Source: Candidatus Poribacteria bacterium
Lineage (GTDB): Bacteria; Poribacteria; WGA-4E; JAJDTR01
DNA: 64,000 nucleotides
NCBI GenBank assembly: GCA_965220415.1
Contig: OZ244829.1
Coordinates: 2,799,483-2,863,482, forward strand
Direction: 5' to 3'
Under the pieces are notes generated by a model, which did no database searches, was not told where the DNA came from, and saw only the letters and a list, made by a program, of their open reading frames with translations. Positions 9,764-19,677 of the stretch are shown here, piece by piece (position 1 is the stretch's first letter; every line of letters begins with the position of its first letter). The translations under genes were made by a program, and so were the position numbers.

Positions 9764-11662
9764 ATGAAATTCAAGAAACTGTCGGTCGCTTTATTGGCTT
9801 CGTTGATGACACACACCGCCATCGTGTTGCTTTTTGGCGCCTATTGGGTGACGAAAACCCCACAGCCGGATGATACGATCACTGTTGCATTTTTGTCGGG
9901 ACAGGCTCCCCCGAAACAAAAAATGCGGAAACCTGCCATAGCGGGCAGGGTTTCGGCAATTGGAACGCAGCCATCGCCGCACGCGGAACGCAGACCTCCC
10001 GTTGCGATGAAGGCGGTTTCCAATTACCAGCCAACGTCAGTGTTAGAGTTTTCCTCAAAGGTGGCACGCGTAGATTCCCCGATAGCGATGCGCGTAGACT
10101 CCTTGACGGGTTCACCGGCACCAACACCGGGAGCATCGAGATCGGATAATAACGCACCTTCCAACCTCAAACCACAGACCAGTTCAACACCCACAAATAT
10201 GGTCGCCGCGATGAATCGCGTATCGGCCGATGGACAGCAAGCCGCCTATCGACACGCTCCTCGACTGAAACCGCCAAACGCTGCCGCCTACCCGGATATG
10301 TACTTCAAGGGCAGCGGCGTCAATCCCTTCCTTGATACGGAGGACGAACACCTTTCAACCTTTGCGATGGATGTCGATACCGCCTCCTATTCGGTTGCAC
10401 GCCGGTACTTGGCGGAGGGGCATCTGCCCCCGTCTGAGGCGGTTCGCGTCGAGGAGTTCGTCAACGCCTTCAAATACGACTATGCCGCACCGACCGATGG
10501 CGCATTCGCTATCCATCTTGAGAGCGCGCCGTCAATATTTGCGGATAGCAAGCGTACCCACCTACTGAGAATCGGATTGAAGGGCCGCGTGATTCCCGAC
10601 GAGAATCGAAAAGACGCAATGCTTACCTTTGTGATTGACGTGTCCGGCTCAATGGAAATGGAAAACCGTTTGGGGCTGGTGAAGAGGGCGTTGAGGCTGC
10701 TGGTGGATCAACTTCGACCCACCGACAGCGTGGGCATCGTCGTCTACGGCTCTCAAGGAAGGCTGCTGTTGCCGCACACGGCAGTCAACCGAAGAGCCGA
10801 GATCTTGACAGCCATCGATTCCCTGTATCCGGATGGATCGACCAACGCCGAAGAGGGATTGCGCATCGGGTATGACCTCGCTTGGCGTAACTCGGAGGTC
10901 GATCACATCAACCGCGTGATTCTTTGCTCGGACGGTGTCGCCAATGTCGGTCAAACGGGACCGGAAGAGATCCTGAAGGAGATACGCGCCCATGTCAAGC
11001 GCGGAATCACATTGTCGACCGTCGGCTTCGGTATGGGAAACTATAACGACATCCTCATGGAGAAACTAGCGAACGCGGGGAACGGGAACTACGCCTATGT
11101 TGACACACTCAGCGAGGCGAGGCGCATCTTTGTCGAAGATCTGACGGGGACGTTGCAGGTCATCGCGAAAGACGCAAAGATTCAGGTGGATTTCAATCCG
11201 GATGTGGTTAGTCGATTCCGGTTGCTGGGCTATGAGAACCGATACCTCGAAAACCACCAGTTCCGCGATGATACCGTTGACGCCGGGGAGGTCGGCTCGG
11301 GGCACTGCGTGACCGCGCTGTATGAGGTCAAGTTGCACGAGGGAGCGTCCGGCAAAATCGCGACTGCCTCGATCCGTTACGCCGATCCGGATAGCCAGAA
11401 AGTCACCGAAGTTGGAGAAGACATCTTCTCATCGGATCTGCGCGAGTCGTTCGAGACGGCTTCCGCGCCGTTTCGCCTCACGGCAGCCGTGGCAGAATTC
11501 GCCGAGATCCTGCGGGAGAGCTACTGGGCAAAGGACGGAAGTTTCGAGGACGTGCGCCGGGTGGTCAAGGGTGTCTTTCCGGAATTCGACAACGAACAGG
11601 TTGTGGAATTGATTTACTTGGTCGGCAAAGCTATCGAGTACAAGGCACAGCATGATTCGTAG
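9764..11662 (+). CDS. Membrane-anchored vWA protein, tandem paralog of 7414-9447
   Basis: Identical start context ggaggacacattATGaaattcaagaaact. vWA and C-terminal regions about 90% identical to the upstream copy, with a divergent linker. Confidence 0.8.
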   Translation: MKFKKLSVALLASLMTHTAIVLLFGAYWVTKTPQPDDTITVAFLSGQAPPKQKMRKPAIAGRVSAIGTQPSPHAERRPPVAMKAVSNYQPTSVLEFSSKVARVDSPIAMRVDSLTGSPAPTPGASRSDNNAPSNLKPQTSSTPTNMVAAMNRVSADGQQAAYRHAPRLKPPNAAAYPDMYFKGSGVNPFLDTEDEHLSTFAMDVDTASYSVARRYLAEGHLPPSEAVRVEEFVNAFKYDYAAPTDGAFAIHLESAPSIFADSKRTHLLRIGLKGRVIPDENRKDAMLTFVIDVSGSMEMENRLGLVKRALRLLVDQLRPTDSVGIVVYGSQGRLLLPHTAVNRRAEILTAIDSLYPDGSTNAEEGLRIGYDLAWRNSEVDHINRVILCSDGVANVGQTGPEEILKEIRAHVKRGITLSTVGFGMGNYNDILMEKLANAGNGNYAYVDTLSEARRIFVEDLTGTLQVIAKDAKIQVDFNPDVVSRFRLLGYENRYLENHQFRDDTVDAGEVGSGHCVTALYEVKLHEGASGKIATASIRYADPDSQKVTEVGEDIFSSDLRESFETASAPFRLTAAVAEFAEILRESYWAKDGSFEDVRRVVKGVFPEFDNEQVVELIYLVGKAIEYKAQHDS

Positions 11663-11834
11663 GCAAGTCAGTGAGGGAAAGTGTTTGGTGGCTAGTGAGC
11701 AGTGATTAGTCTCCGTCGAGTTTCACCATGCTTTGCGAAAGGTTGGACACGATTGAGCATTGGTATTAGGTGGAACGCCGCACGATTTTGGTTGGGTAGC
11801 TTAACCCAAGCTACCGGCTGCAAGATATGGTGAT

Positions 11835-11855
11835 GGTGGGCGGTGCCCACCCTAC
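11835..11855. repeat. REP family-4 element (GGTGGGCgGTGCCCACCCTAC)
   Basis: GC hairpin plus CCTAC. Confidence 0.6.
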
Positions 11856-11951
11856 AGGAAGAATCGAGTGACCGAATGGGTAAGGAGCGTGAAACCCAGC
11901 GCTCGTGTCCTGAATCGCGTCTCTGTTGCGTTTCCCAACCGATTGGGCGAG

Positions 11952-12046
11952 GGAAGATCTCTATCAGGATCTCTATCTCGCTTCCTATCCAGTCGCTTGA
12001 TCCCCGCAGGGGCTTTCAAAGGCTGGTGCGCAGTGCGCACCCTACA
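11952..12046. repeat. REP family-2 cluster plus REP family-4 variant
   Basis: Contains gggaagatctctatcaggatctctatctcgcttcctatccagtcgcttgatc and ggtgcgcagtgcgcaccctac. Confidence 0.65.
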
Positions 12047-12118
12047 AACTGTATTTTTCAAACAGGCTCTAAGACGGGCAATGAATTCACTCGAACTGAA
12101 TCCTCGCCATCGTGAGAT

Positions 12119-13591
12119 ATGATGAACTCTAAACGAAGATCACGCGCTCTGATAGCCGTAGTGTTGCTTCACGCGATAATGGCGGCGGTGGGCGGGCTGT
12201 ATCTATTGAATCGGGCACCAACGTTCCAGGAAATTACTAATCCGAGCGTAGCGCCGCCGCAGTCTCCTCCCGCACCCCAAATGGCGGGGCCCGCAATCAC
12301 TATCCCCGCTCCCCCGCGTCCGTCCTTGGACCGCTCCCTAGTGAGAGTGAACGGTCGCCAGACACCGAGACGTGTAACATCTAGCGACCGCGCCCCAGGC
12401 CTTGACCTCCCGTTCTGGGTTTATGCTTCGAGCTACTACCGCTGCTCAATTGGAAAATACTTCCCGATGCGTCATCCGAAAACATCCGTCCGTGCGTTGG
12501 ACGCACCCCCCGCCGCTATCGTTCTTCCCGATGCCCCCGGCGCGTTGGAATTCTCCACGCCGGTGGCGCCGGCATCGAACAGGCGCATTGCCGCGCCCGT
12601 AAAACGTACGGCCGAGGAGGTGGTCAAACTCAAACCAAGCTTCGGGCGCCCCGCCGGACTTGCCATGTTACAGCATGTTGGCGCTGTCCAAGATGCACTG
12701 GCGAAGGTGGTCGAACAGGTGTCGCTCGGCAATGAAGAGGTCCCGCCCTTGCCGCCCGGCGTGCCGGGGGGACGTGTCGTCGGCAGAGGGAAAGACATCC
12801 GCGGCGTTTTCCGATTTTCGCGCGTGCGGCACTGCCTCTCCGATTGGTGGACAGATCCGAGTTCGCTCAATGACCTCGCCGCATGGCTTAACCATCGCAC
12901 AAGAATCAAGACCGACTTGAACGTGGCGGGCGGTTCGCTCAAGTTAACCGACGCCGATCTCATGAAAAGCCCCCTGATCGTGATAACGGGACACGATCCG
13001 GCGATGCTCCGCGCCTACGATTTGATGGGACCTCAATACGGCGGCGGAAAGTTGGATAGCAAACTTCCGGAAACCGAGATTATTGCCTTGCGAAAGTACC
13101 TCGTGGAAAAGGGTGGTTTTCTTTTCTTCGACGATTGCGGCGTCAACGCGCCCGCGCAAGCCATGGTGCGGCTGTTTCTCGCTCAGATGCGGCGTGTGAT
13201 GCCGGAGCACCAGATTGAGCGCATCCCAAACAACCACGAGGTCTACAACAACTTCTACACGCTGGGCGGCCCTCCCATGGGATTCAACGTCTATTGGTGG
13301 GGCACACGTCCGCCGAATCAGCCTTATTTGGAAGGCATCTCCCTTGGCGGCAAGCTGTCTGTTCTGATTAGCCGTCGGGACTACCTGTGCGCCATGCGGA
13401 GCATCAGCCTTCCCGGCTTTGGTGTCCAATACTCCCCCGGCGTTTACCGATTCATGACCAACGTCGCAGTCTATTCCCTGACACACGGCGGAATTTCCGA
13501 CTACTCCGGCTACGTCCCCGAACCTCGCTTCCAAGACCGCCCACTTCCCCGCCGCGCCCCCCAAGTCGCACGCATCCGTGCAATCGAATAG
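12119..13591 (+). CDS. Membrane-anchored DUF4159-like protein (BatA/vWA-operon-associated family)
   Basis: N-terminal TM helix and Pro-rich linker. C-terminal domain (LIVITGHDP...FLFFDDCGVNA...) resembles DUF4159, which accompanies vWA proteins. Confidence 0.5.
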   Translation: MMNSKRRSRALIAVVLLHAIMAAVGGLYLLNRAPTFQEITNPSVAPPQSPPAPQMAGPAITIPAPPRPSLDRSLVRVNGRQTPRRVTSSDRAPGLDLPFWVYASSYYRCSIGKYFPMRHPKTSVRALDAPPAAIVLPDAPGALEFSTPVAPASNRRIAAPVKRTAEEVVKLKPSFGRPAGLAMLQHVGAVQDALAKVVEQVSLGNEEVPPLPPGVPGGRVVGRGKDIRGVFRFSRVRHCLSDWWTDPSSLNDLAAWLNHRTRIKTDLNVAGGSLKLTDADLMKSPLIVITGHDPAMLRAYDLMGPQYGGGKLDSKLPETEIIALRKYLVEKGGFLFFDDCGVNAPAQAMVRLFLAQMRRVMPEHQIERIPNNHEVYNNFYTLGGPPMGFNVYWWGTRPPNQPYLEGISLGGKLSVLISRRDYLCAMRSISLPGFGVQYSPGVYRFMTNVAVYSLTHGGISDYSGYVPEPRFQDRPLPRRAPQVARIRAIE

Positions 13592-13624
13592 ATCAAATGA
13601 GATTTACCGAATGAATAATGAGCA

Positions 13625-13720
13625 GGATTTACTATGGAAGCTCTATCGCATTTGCTATCAAGATCTCTATCGCGCTCCTTATTCAGTCGCTTGATCGTTG
13701 TCCACTCGGTTGATTGATAG
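13625..13720. repeat. REP family-2 cluster
   Basis: Contains ggatttactatggaagctctatcgcatttgctatcaagatctctatcgcgctccttattcagtcgcttgatc. Confidence 0.7.
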
Positions 13721-13892
13721 AACTCCAACCAGCCATTTAAACCCAAAACAGACAACCTATTACTGGCACGCGACACGCAACCAAGAAACTTCCCTCCCCG
13801 TGCGCCCGCACACGCCGCCCATTTCATTGAAACATTCTCCAAAGGATGGGGTAAATCCAAGAAACAACCCTACAGGCCCATAGAGACAATTC

Positions 13893-13976
13893 ATGCGAAG
13901 AATCAACCTTGCCTTAACTATAATCTTGGCAACTTCCCTGCTCCTCTCGCCACTCTCATTCGCGCAAGAGTCGTGA
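13893..13976 (+). other. Stand-alone signal-peptide ORF (MRRINLALTIILATSLLLSPLSFAQES) in frame with 13995-14942, separated only by two TGA codons
   Basis: Textbook Sec signal. Its AQ|ES cleavage context matches other signal peptides in the window. In-frame TGA at 13977 and 13986. Confidence 0.35.
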
Positions 13977-13994
13977 GGCGCGTGAAGTAATCCC

Positions 13995-14942
13995 GTGATT
14001 CCGCGGAGCGGGATTGGCGAAGTCGGTTCGACTTCCGATGATAGCAAACTTCGATTCTCCCTCAACCTACTGCGGGGATTCGATGCCGACGGTGGACATC
14101 TGGAGACAAGAGGGCTTTCTCCAACAGGTGACGTGGTTCAGGTTCCGCTGCATCGGCACCGCGTTTCCTTGGATGTCGTGCGCTTTCAACTAGATATCGC
14201 CTACCGCCATACCGCTGATTGGGATATCGCGTTGAGCCTGCCCTACGACATCAAGGATCAGGACGCCTTCGTCGTCGAGCTTGCTCCCGTGACGTTGGGG
14301 GAACGTGAGGCAATCCTGCGCAACCAAGACATCCACCACCGCGACGAGGTGTACCGCGGATTTTCGGACGCTCGCCTGTTCATCTCCCACAGCCTCCCAA
14401 ACCTGCTGCGCGACACGGACCTTTTGATGGTGTCGATCGGAACAAGCATACCGATCGGCGCGACAGAGGCGGACCCGTTCAAGCTGGGAGACGCCGGCAT
14501 CAAACACCTTCACATCCAGTTTGGCACCGGCACATTCGATCCGTTGGGGGCGCTGCACTATGAAACGATGCTGTCTGACAGGTTCTCGCTCAACGCGTCA
14601 ATACACGGGCAGTTTCCGGTCTACGAGAACGGCAAGACCTATCGCGGCTCCGTAGAGGTCACCGAAACCGTCGGTATACGGTATCAGGTCGGGGATTGGT
14701 TGGTGCTGCACGCTAACCATCTGGGGCTCTTCCAATCCTACGCCCATTGGGACGGAATCCGGGACATCAACTCCGGTCTGATTTTCAACGCCCTACAAAT
14801 CGGCGTGTCGCCCGATCCGCGGTTCGGCGTGCCCATCCGACTTAACGCGACGCTCCCAATCCAAAGCCGAGTCCTGTCTGACGAAGGCGATGCTTTTGAG
14901 GTGGGCCCCATCCTATCAATGACCGTATCCTACCACCTCTAA
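13995..14942 (+). CDS. Hypothetical protein, possibly the disrupted mature part of a secreted protein
   Basis: 315-aa ORF (start GTG as called by the track). No recognisable motifs. The upstream in-frame signal peptide is cut off by two TGA codons. Confidence 0.45.
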   Translation: MIPRSGIGEVGSTSDDSKLRFSLNLLRGFDADGGHLETRGLSPTGDVVQVPLHRHRVSLDVVRFQLDIAYRHTADWDIALSLPYDIKDQDAFVVELAPVTLGEREAILRNQDIHHRDEVYRGFSDARLFISHSLPNLLRDTDLLMVSIGTSIPIGATEADPFKLGDAGIKHLHIQFGTGTFDPLGALHYETMLSDRFSLNASIHGQFPVYENGKTYRGSVEVTETVGIRYQVGDWLVLHANHLGLFQSYAHWDGIRDINSGLIFNALQIGVSPDPRFGVPIRLNATLPIQSRVLSDEGDAFEVGPILSMTVSYHL

Positions 14943-15041
14943 TCCCTGTGTGTAGCGTAGTATGGAGACGCCCTCACGCAGGAAACCCAATTCCAACGCC
15001 CCCCCGACACCATAATCCTCAATAGCCCGGTTGCTTCCCCG

Positions 15042-15620
15042 CTACCGGACATCTCTGTTCTCCAGAGGATCTGCGCCGTAACGGTTTGGGCCTCTTGTGC
15101 CGCGCAGAAACAGCAATTGAATAGTCGTCCAAATGTTGTACAACGGGATAAATTCGGTCAATATCCACCAGCCCGATTTGTCGTGATCATGATAACGCTT
15201 TATCTGTACCATGATACCCGCATAAATAGAAATTAGGAACCACCACAGAAATAGCACTATTCCCAATCCGCGGTCGGCAAGATAAGCAGCCATTGTCACG
15301 ATGAAGATTGTAAAAGATAAGCCGCCATACCCCCATATCCAGGACCGACTGATACGGCCCTTTGGAGAAAACAAGAGGTGGATTAGCGTTGTGGGGGTGA
15401 TGTAGTCTTGATAGCTTAGTTGCTCCAAGCGCTGATCGGGAGGATGTTGCCGGGTTGGCGCCGCACGCTGAGTTGGGATTTTCGTGTCGTCAATGTGGCC
15501 GGCATCAGAGGGCATCTCTGTTCTATTGCCGCACTGGTGGCACTGGGCGAACTCGCCTACTTTGAGGTACTTAACGATGACATTTTCACCGCAATGGGGA
15601 CATCTGAATTGTAATGCCAT
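15042..15620 (-). CDS. DUF805-family inner-membrane protein with an N-terminal zinc ribbon
   Basis: N-terminal CPHCG...CHQCG zinc ribbon. C-terminal TM segments with the DUF805 signature RYHDHDKSGWW...IPLYNIW...GTRGPNRYGADP. Confidence 0.7.
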   Translation of the reverse strand: MALQFRCPHCGENVIVKYLKVGEFAQCHQCGNRTEMPSDAGHIDDTKIPTQRAAPTRQHPPDQRLEQLSYQDYITPTTLIHLLFSPKGRISRSWIWGYGGLSFTIFIVTMAAYLADRGLGIVLFLWWFLISIYAGIMVQIKRYHDHDKSGWWILTEFIPLYNIWTTIQLLFLRGTRGPNRYGADPLENRDVR

Positions 15621-15631
15621 TTATATCCCTG

Positions 15632-17533
15632 TTAGAATTGATTTGCGACAAAGACCAAATCAATCACATTCACTACTCCATCCCCATTCACATCCCCCTC
15701 CAAATTATCCGTCCCGAACCCCCGCGCCACCAGCGTCAAATCCAAGATATTCACAATCCCGTCTCCGTTCACGTCCGCCGGATTCACCGGCGTCACCCGC
15801 AGATAAATCTCGCCGTCAAGGTTGGGGAGCGTGTGCTCCGTCCCTACGTGGCTGCTCGCCACACCCTGCACCTCCTCCGGCAGCGTAATCACCTTCGGCT
15901 CGCCGCTGTGGTTGTGCACCGCCCACCCGTTCGTGTATTCACGGATGTAAAGACCTAGAATATTTTCGTCATAGAGTTGCGATTTTGGCCCTACCGGCTT
16001 GCCCAAATCTGCGTCCCAAAAGTCGTACCAGTTGTGGTGGTTACTTATGAATTTGCTAAAAAGAAAATAGCCGTCTGAATAAGTCAGGCTCATTGTCGTG
16101 ATAGCTCGCATCCACCGAAGATTCGCTGGACTATCAAGTGGTTCGGTCGGGATTGCGTGACCTTTAAGAGCGTTAGTGCGAGGTTCTCGTGTGTTGGATT
16201 CTAACCACCTCAGCGATTCCTCCGCTCTACCTAACCAGTATACAGCTTCATCCTCGGTCAGGTCGCCGGGCACGGGTGTCTCCATCCAGCTTCCGTTCAT
16301 GTGCATGTGTGAACTTGGCAATGAATGTACATTGGTGTTCCCCATTATTATAAAATTGGGGCGAACGGCTTGGCGAATACGTCTAAGAATGTTTTGCCGG
16401 GCGTGGGTCTGCGCTTCTATCGATACGTAGTTTTCAAGGACGTCGCGGCCATCGCGCCAATAGTCAAAAAATATGCCATCGTATAGACCGCACTTCGACA
16501 CGGCCACAGCTTGCTGCACAATTCTGTCCTGCACCTCGGGCTGCGTAAAATCGACTAAATAAGCGCCGGGCCATTTACTGACGCGTTCACCGTTGGCGTC
16601 CCGTATCCAATAGGGCCAATCCTCCGGGGCTTCGTGATCCCAGTACTCACGCATTCTGATATCAACGAGAAATATCATATTGGGATTGATTGCATGGAAT
16701 TCGTCGCGCCTGAGTATCGCCTCATCTAGGCTGCCCCTAATCTTAAACCCATGAGATGTCCCATCCAAATCTAAACCAAATTGTGGAACGCTAAACCACA
16801 AATCATGACTTGCCAAGTTCGCAATGTCTGATGAATCAGGACGATTTAACGTGCGAATCCAACCGGGACCGCCCCACGCAGCGATTAGGGATGGGTACGT
16901 TCGATTGTTCACCCGTGGCTCTAGCGGTAGTGACGGCAGAACGCACGTTTCATCGTATTTATAGTCCCGTAAAGACAATTCATCGAGTGGGGAATGGTCG
17001 CCAATTTTATTGTCCATGAGGTTCAGCACTTCTAACCGTGTCAAATTAGCAAGTGGACGAACATCGCCAATGTCGTTGAATCTAAGTAGTAACTCGATGA
17101 GATTCGTCAATCCAGCGAGTGCACTGATGTCGTCAATGCGATTATAACTGAGATCAAGATATCTCAACTCAGTTAGATTCGTAAGTGGGCTGATATCGGT
17201 TATTTCGCAGTGCCACGCGAAAAGCCAGCGCAACTTGGTTAAGTTAGCCGCGGGTGTGAGGTCGGAAATCGGATTTCGGGCTAACTCGAGATATTCGAGG
17301 TTTGTTGCGAACTCTAAGCCAGTAAGGTCGGTTATTCCGCGGTTACGCGCGTCAATTCTTACGACGTAAAGCATGGCAGCCCGGTTGATGGGAAGGTGCT
17401 CGGGGCGTTGAAGGGATTCGTGGATGGCGGCGCGGAGGTTGGGGTCGGGAATATCGACAACCTGCGCAAACGCAACGCTGCCCAAAACCAAATAGAGCCA
17501 AAGATATAGTGCTATTTTCTGTCCGAAATTCAT
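15632..17533 (-). CDS. Secreted leucine-rich-repeat protein with a TIM-barrel glycoside-hydrolase-like central domain and a C-terminal type-I dockerin pair
   Basis: RBS gggagg upstream of ATG 17533. Signal peptide. LRR units (LTGLEFATNLEYLELARNPISDL...). Central AVSKCGLYDGIFFDYW region. C-terminal DVNGDGIVNILDL / DVNGDGVVNVIDL. Confidence 0.8.
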   Translation of the reverse strand: MNFGQKIALYLWLYLVLGSVAFAQVVDIPDPNLRAAIHESLQRPEHLPINRAAMLYVVRIDARNRGITDLTGLEFATNLEYLELARNPISDLTPAANLTKLRWLFAWHCEITDISPLTNLTELRYLDLSYNRIDDISALAGLTNLIELLLRFNDIGDVRPLANLTRLEVLNLMDNKIGDHSPLDELSLRDYKYDETCVLPSLPLEPRVNNRTYPSLIAAWGGPGWIRTLNRPDSSDIANLASHDLWFSVPQFGLDLDGTSHGFKIRGSLDEAILRRDEFHAINPNMIFLVDIRMREYWDHEAPEDWPYWIRDANGERVSKWPGAYLVDFTQPEVQDRIVQQAVAVSKCGLYDGIFFDYWRDGRDVLENYVSIEAQTHARQNILRRIRQAVRPNFIIMGNTNVHSLPSSHMHMNGSWMETPVPGDLTEDEAVYWLGRAEESLRWLESNTREPRTNALKGHAIPTEPLDSPANLRWMRAITTMSLTYSDGYFLFSKFISNHHNWYDFWDADLGKPVGPKSQLYDENILGLYIREYTNGWAVHNHSGEPKVITLPEEVQGVASSHVGTEHTLPNLDGEIYLRVTPVNPADVNGDGIVNILDLTLVARGFGTDNLEGDVNGDGVVNVIDLVFVANQF

Positions 17534-17621
17534 TGATTCCTCCCTTTGACTTGAAACCAATCTTGATGACCAATCAAGATGGAATCCCGTTCTATCCCTT
17601 CACTGAATTCTAATCCGCGAT

Positions 17622-19391
17622 TCAGAATTGATTCGCCACAAACACCAAATCAATCACATTCACAACCCCATCTCCATTCACATCCCCCTCCAACCTATCC
17701 GTCCCTAAATCTCGGGCAATAATCGTCAAATCTAGAATATTCACCACACCGTCCCCATTGACATCCGCCGGATTCTTCGGTTTCACCCGCAAATACATCT
17801 CCCCGTCAAGGTTTGCCAGCGCGTGCTCCGTGCCGGCTAATCCGCTCGCAACCCCCTGCACCTCCTCCGGCAGCGTGATGACTTGGTGATCGCCGCTGTG
17901 GTTGTAGACAGCCCAGCCGTTCGTGTATTCCCGGATGTAAAGCCCTTCTATCTCTTGATACAGTTGCCGCTTCCCCCCTACCGGCCTTCCTAAATCCGCA
18001 TCCCAGAAATCGTACCAGTAATGATGATGTCCCCCGCGTCCGTCCACAAATAGTACATATCCGTCCGAATGAGTAAGGCTCATCGTCGTAAATACACGCA
18101 TCCAGCGAAGATTTCGTCGACTATCTGGCGGCTCGTCCGGGAATCCCCATCCTTCTAGCGCGTTGATTCGTGGTTCCCTGAGATTAGCTTCTAGCCACGA
18201 CAGCGTAGCTTCGACTTCAACTAAACCATTTTCCACTTGTACTCTTCCGCCCTCCCTATCGTCAATCGATGGCGATAGCGTTTCCATAAATCCGCCGTTT
18301 AGATAGTCTGCCGAACGTGGAATTGTGTGACGATTCACGTTACCGAGAATGAGAAATTCTGGGCGCGTATTAGCGCGTATGGCGCGCACAATATTGAGCA
18401 TCGGCCCAAACCAAGCATCGGGTTCGCCTTCGATGTCGTCCCAGTGATCAAAGAAAAGGCCGTCGTACAGACCACACTTGGAAACGGCGATAGCTGCCTG
18501 AATGACGTCGCGCTCCCAACCTGGCGTAATTGGCACGGTAATCTCAAAAAGACGTATAAAATAAGGATTTTTGGATAAAAGCTCTTCGCGTTCGCGCCGG
18601 GCAGCGGCAGTATTGCCAACTATGGCGTTGCGCGAGCGGCTATAACGCATAATGTTGGCAGGACGAAACCACATATCATGATGCGTGATGTTATCTACCC
18701 ACTGTAGTTCATCCCTATTTACTATGCCTCCCCATGCAGCGAACACAGAGGGATAATTCCTGCCATCAATTCGTTCGCCTAGCGGCAGCGGTGACATATC
18801 GCACACTGCGTCGTAGACCAATTCCTCAAATGGCTGTGCCAACAGGCTTGTGTAATTAATAGCAGGATTGTTGAGGATATGCAACGTGCTTAATTGCGGG
18901 CACCGAGCAAGTGGGTCAACGTCGACAATCTGATTATGATCTAGATTCAGCCACTTTAATTCCGGGAGTGTGGCAAGTGGCTCAACGTCGACAATCTGAT
19001 TCTCGCGCAAATCCACCCATTCCAAACGGGGTAGATGAGATAAGGGGCCGAGGTTTCCAATTCGGCACTTAGCGGCATTCAATCCTTTGAGTTTTCGAAG
19101 TGAAGCAATCGGAGCGAGGTCTGATATAGGATTTCCCCAAATGCTTAAATGCTCCAAGGACTGCGCGAATTCTAGTCCACTCAGATTTGTCACGCCACGC
19201 TCGTATGCATTCAGCCGGGTCAGACGCGTTAAGTCTGTGCGATCAAGAGGCAGGTCTGTTGCTACGTTAAGTGCTTCGTGTACCGCCATACGAAGATTCG
19301 AGTCGGGAATGTGGACAACCTCCGCAAACGCAACGCTGCCCAAAACGATAGTGAGCAAAAGACTCAGTGTGATTTTCTGTCGAAAATTCAT
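17622..19391 (-). CDS. Secreted LRR / hydrolase-like / dockerin protein, tandem paralog of 15632-17533
   Basis: RBS ggagggg upstream of ATG 19391. Same domain order as 15632-17533. C-terminal ~150 aa nearly identical to that gene (...GDVNGDGVVNVIDLVFVANQF). Confidence 0.8.
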   Translation of the reverse strand: MNFRQKITLSLLLTIVLGSVAFAEVVHIPDSNLRMAVHEALNVATDLPLDRTDLTRLTRLNAYERGVTNLSGLEFAQSLEHLSIWGNPISDLAPIASLRKLKGLNAAKCRIGNLGPLSHLPRLEWVDLRENQIVDVEPLATLPELKWLNLDHNQIVDVDPLARCPQLSTLHILNNPAINYTSLLAQPFEELVYDAVCDMSPLPLGERIDGRNYPSVFAAWGGIVNRDELQWVDNITHHDMWFRPANIMRYSRSRNAIVGNTAAARREREELLSKNPYFIRLFEITVPITPGWERDVIQAAIAVSKCGLYDGLFFDHWDDIEGEPDAWFGPMLNIVRAIRANTRPEFLILGNVNRHTIPRSADYLNGGFMETLSPSIDDREGGRVQVENGLVEVEATLSWLEANLREPRINALEGWGFPDEPPDSRRNLRWMRVFTTMSLTHSDGYVLFVDGRGGHHHYWYDFWDADLGRPVGGKRQLYQEIEGLYIREYTNGWAVYNHSGDHQVITLPEEVQGVASGLAGTEHALANLDGEMYLRVKPKNPADVNGDGVVNILDLTIIARDLGTDRLEGDVNGDGVVNVIDLVFVANQF

Positions 19392-19442
19392 AAATTTCCC
19401 CTCCAAATCCACGGAATCCTTTGATTCGTACCCTTGACCTCT

Positions 19443-19620
19443 CGTTGTCCACTCGGTTGATCGATAGAGATCCCCTTGCCCCGAATTTTTGACGAGTAGT
19501 TGTAGGGTACAATCAGACGAATGGATATCGACTGATCAAGTGAGTGAACAACAAACGATCAACTGACTGGTCAGGGAAGGCGATAGTAAATCTTGATAGC
19601 TAATCCCGATAGAGATTCCC
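19443..19620. repeat. REP family-2 cluster (reverse orientation)
   Basis: Contains ...ccactcggttgatcgatagagatcccc..gtagggtacaatcag...cgatagtaaatcttgatagctaatcccgatagagattccc. Confidence 0.6.
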
Positions 19621-19639
19621 TAGCACTGTCTTTTCACTG

Positions 19640-19676
19640 ACCACTGGTCACTAGCCACTGACCACTGCATCTCACC
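19640..19676. repeat. CCACTG-rich palindromic low-complexity element (gaccactggtcactagccactgaccactg)
   Basis: A near copy lies at 52838-52866. Both sit immediately 3' of minus-strand genes. Confidence 0.4.
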
Positions 19677-19677
19677 C

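Noticed and set aside
12944-13564. 206-aa minus-strand ORF
   Set aside because: It is antisense to the DUF4159-like gene.
13977-13988. TGA recoding (genetic code 25/4, or selenocysteine) to explain in-frame TGAs between the signal peptide and 13995-14942
   Set aside because: TGA terminates several well-supported genes here (E2 at 19678, ATPase-1 at 44630, ATPase-2 at 46851). Two TGAs 6 nt apart are not a Sec context.
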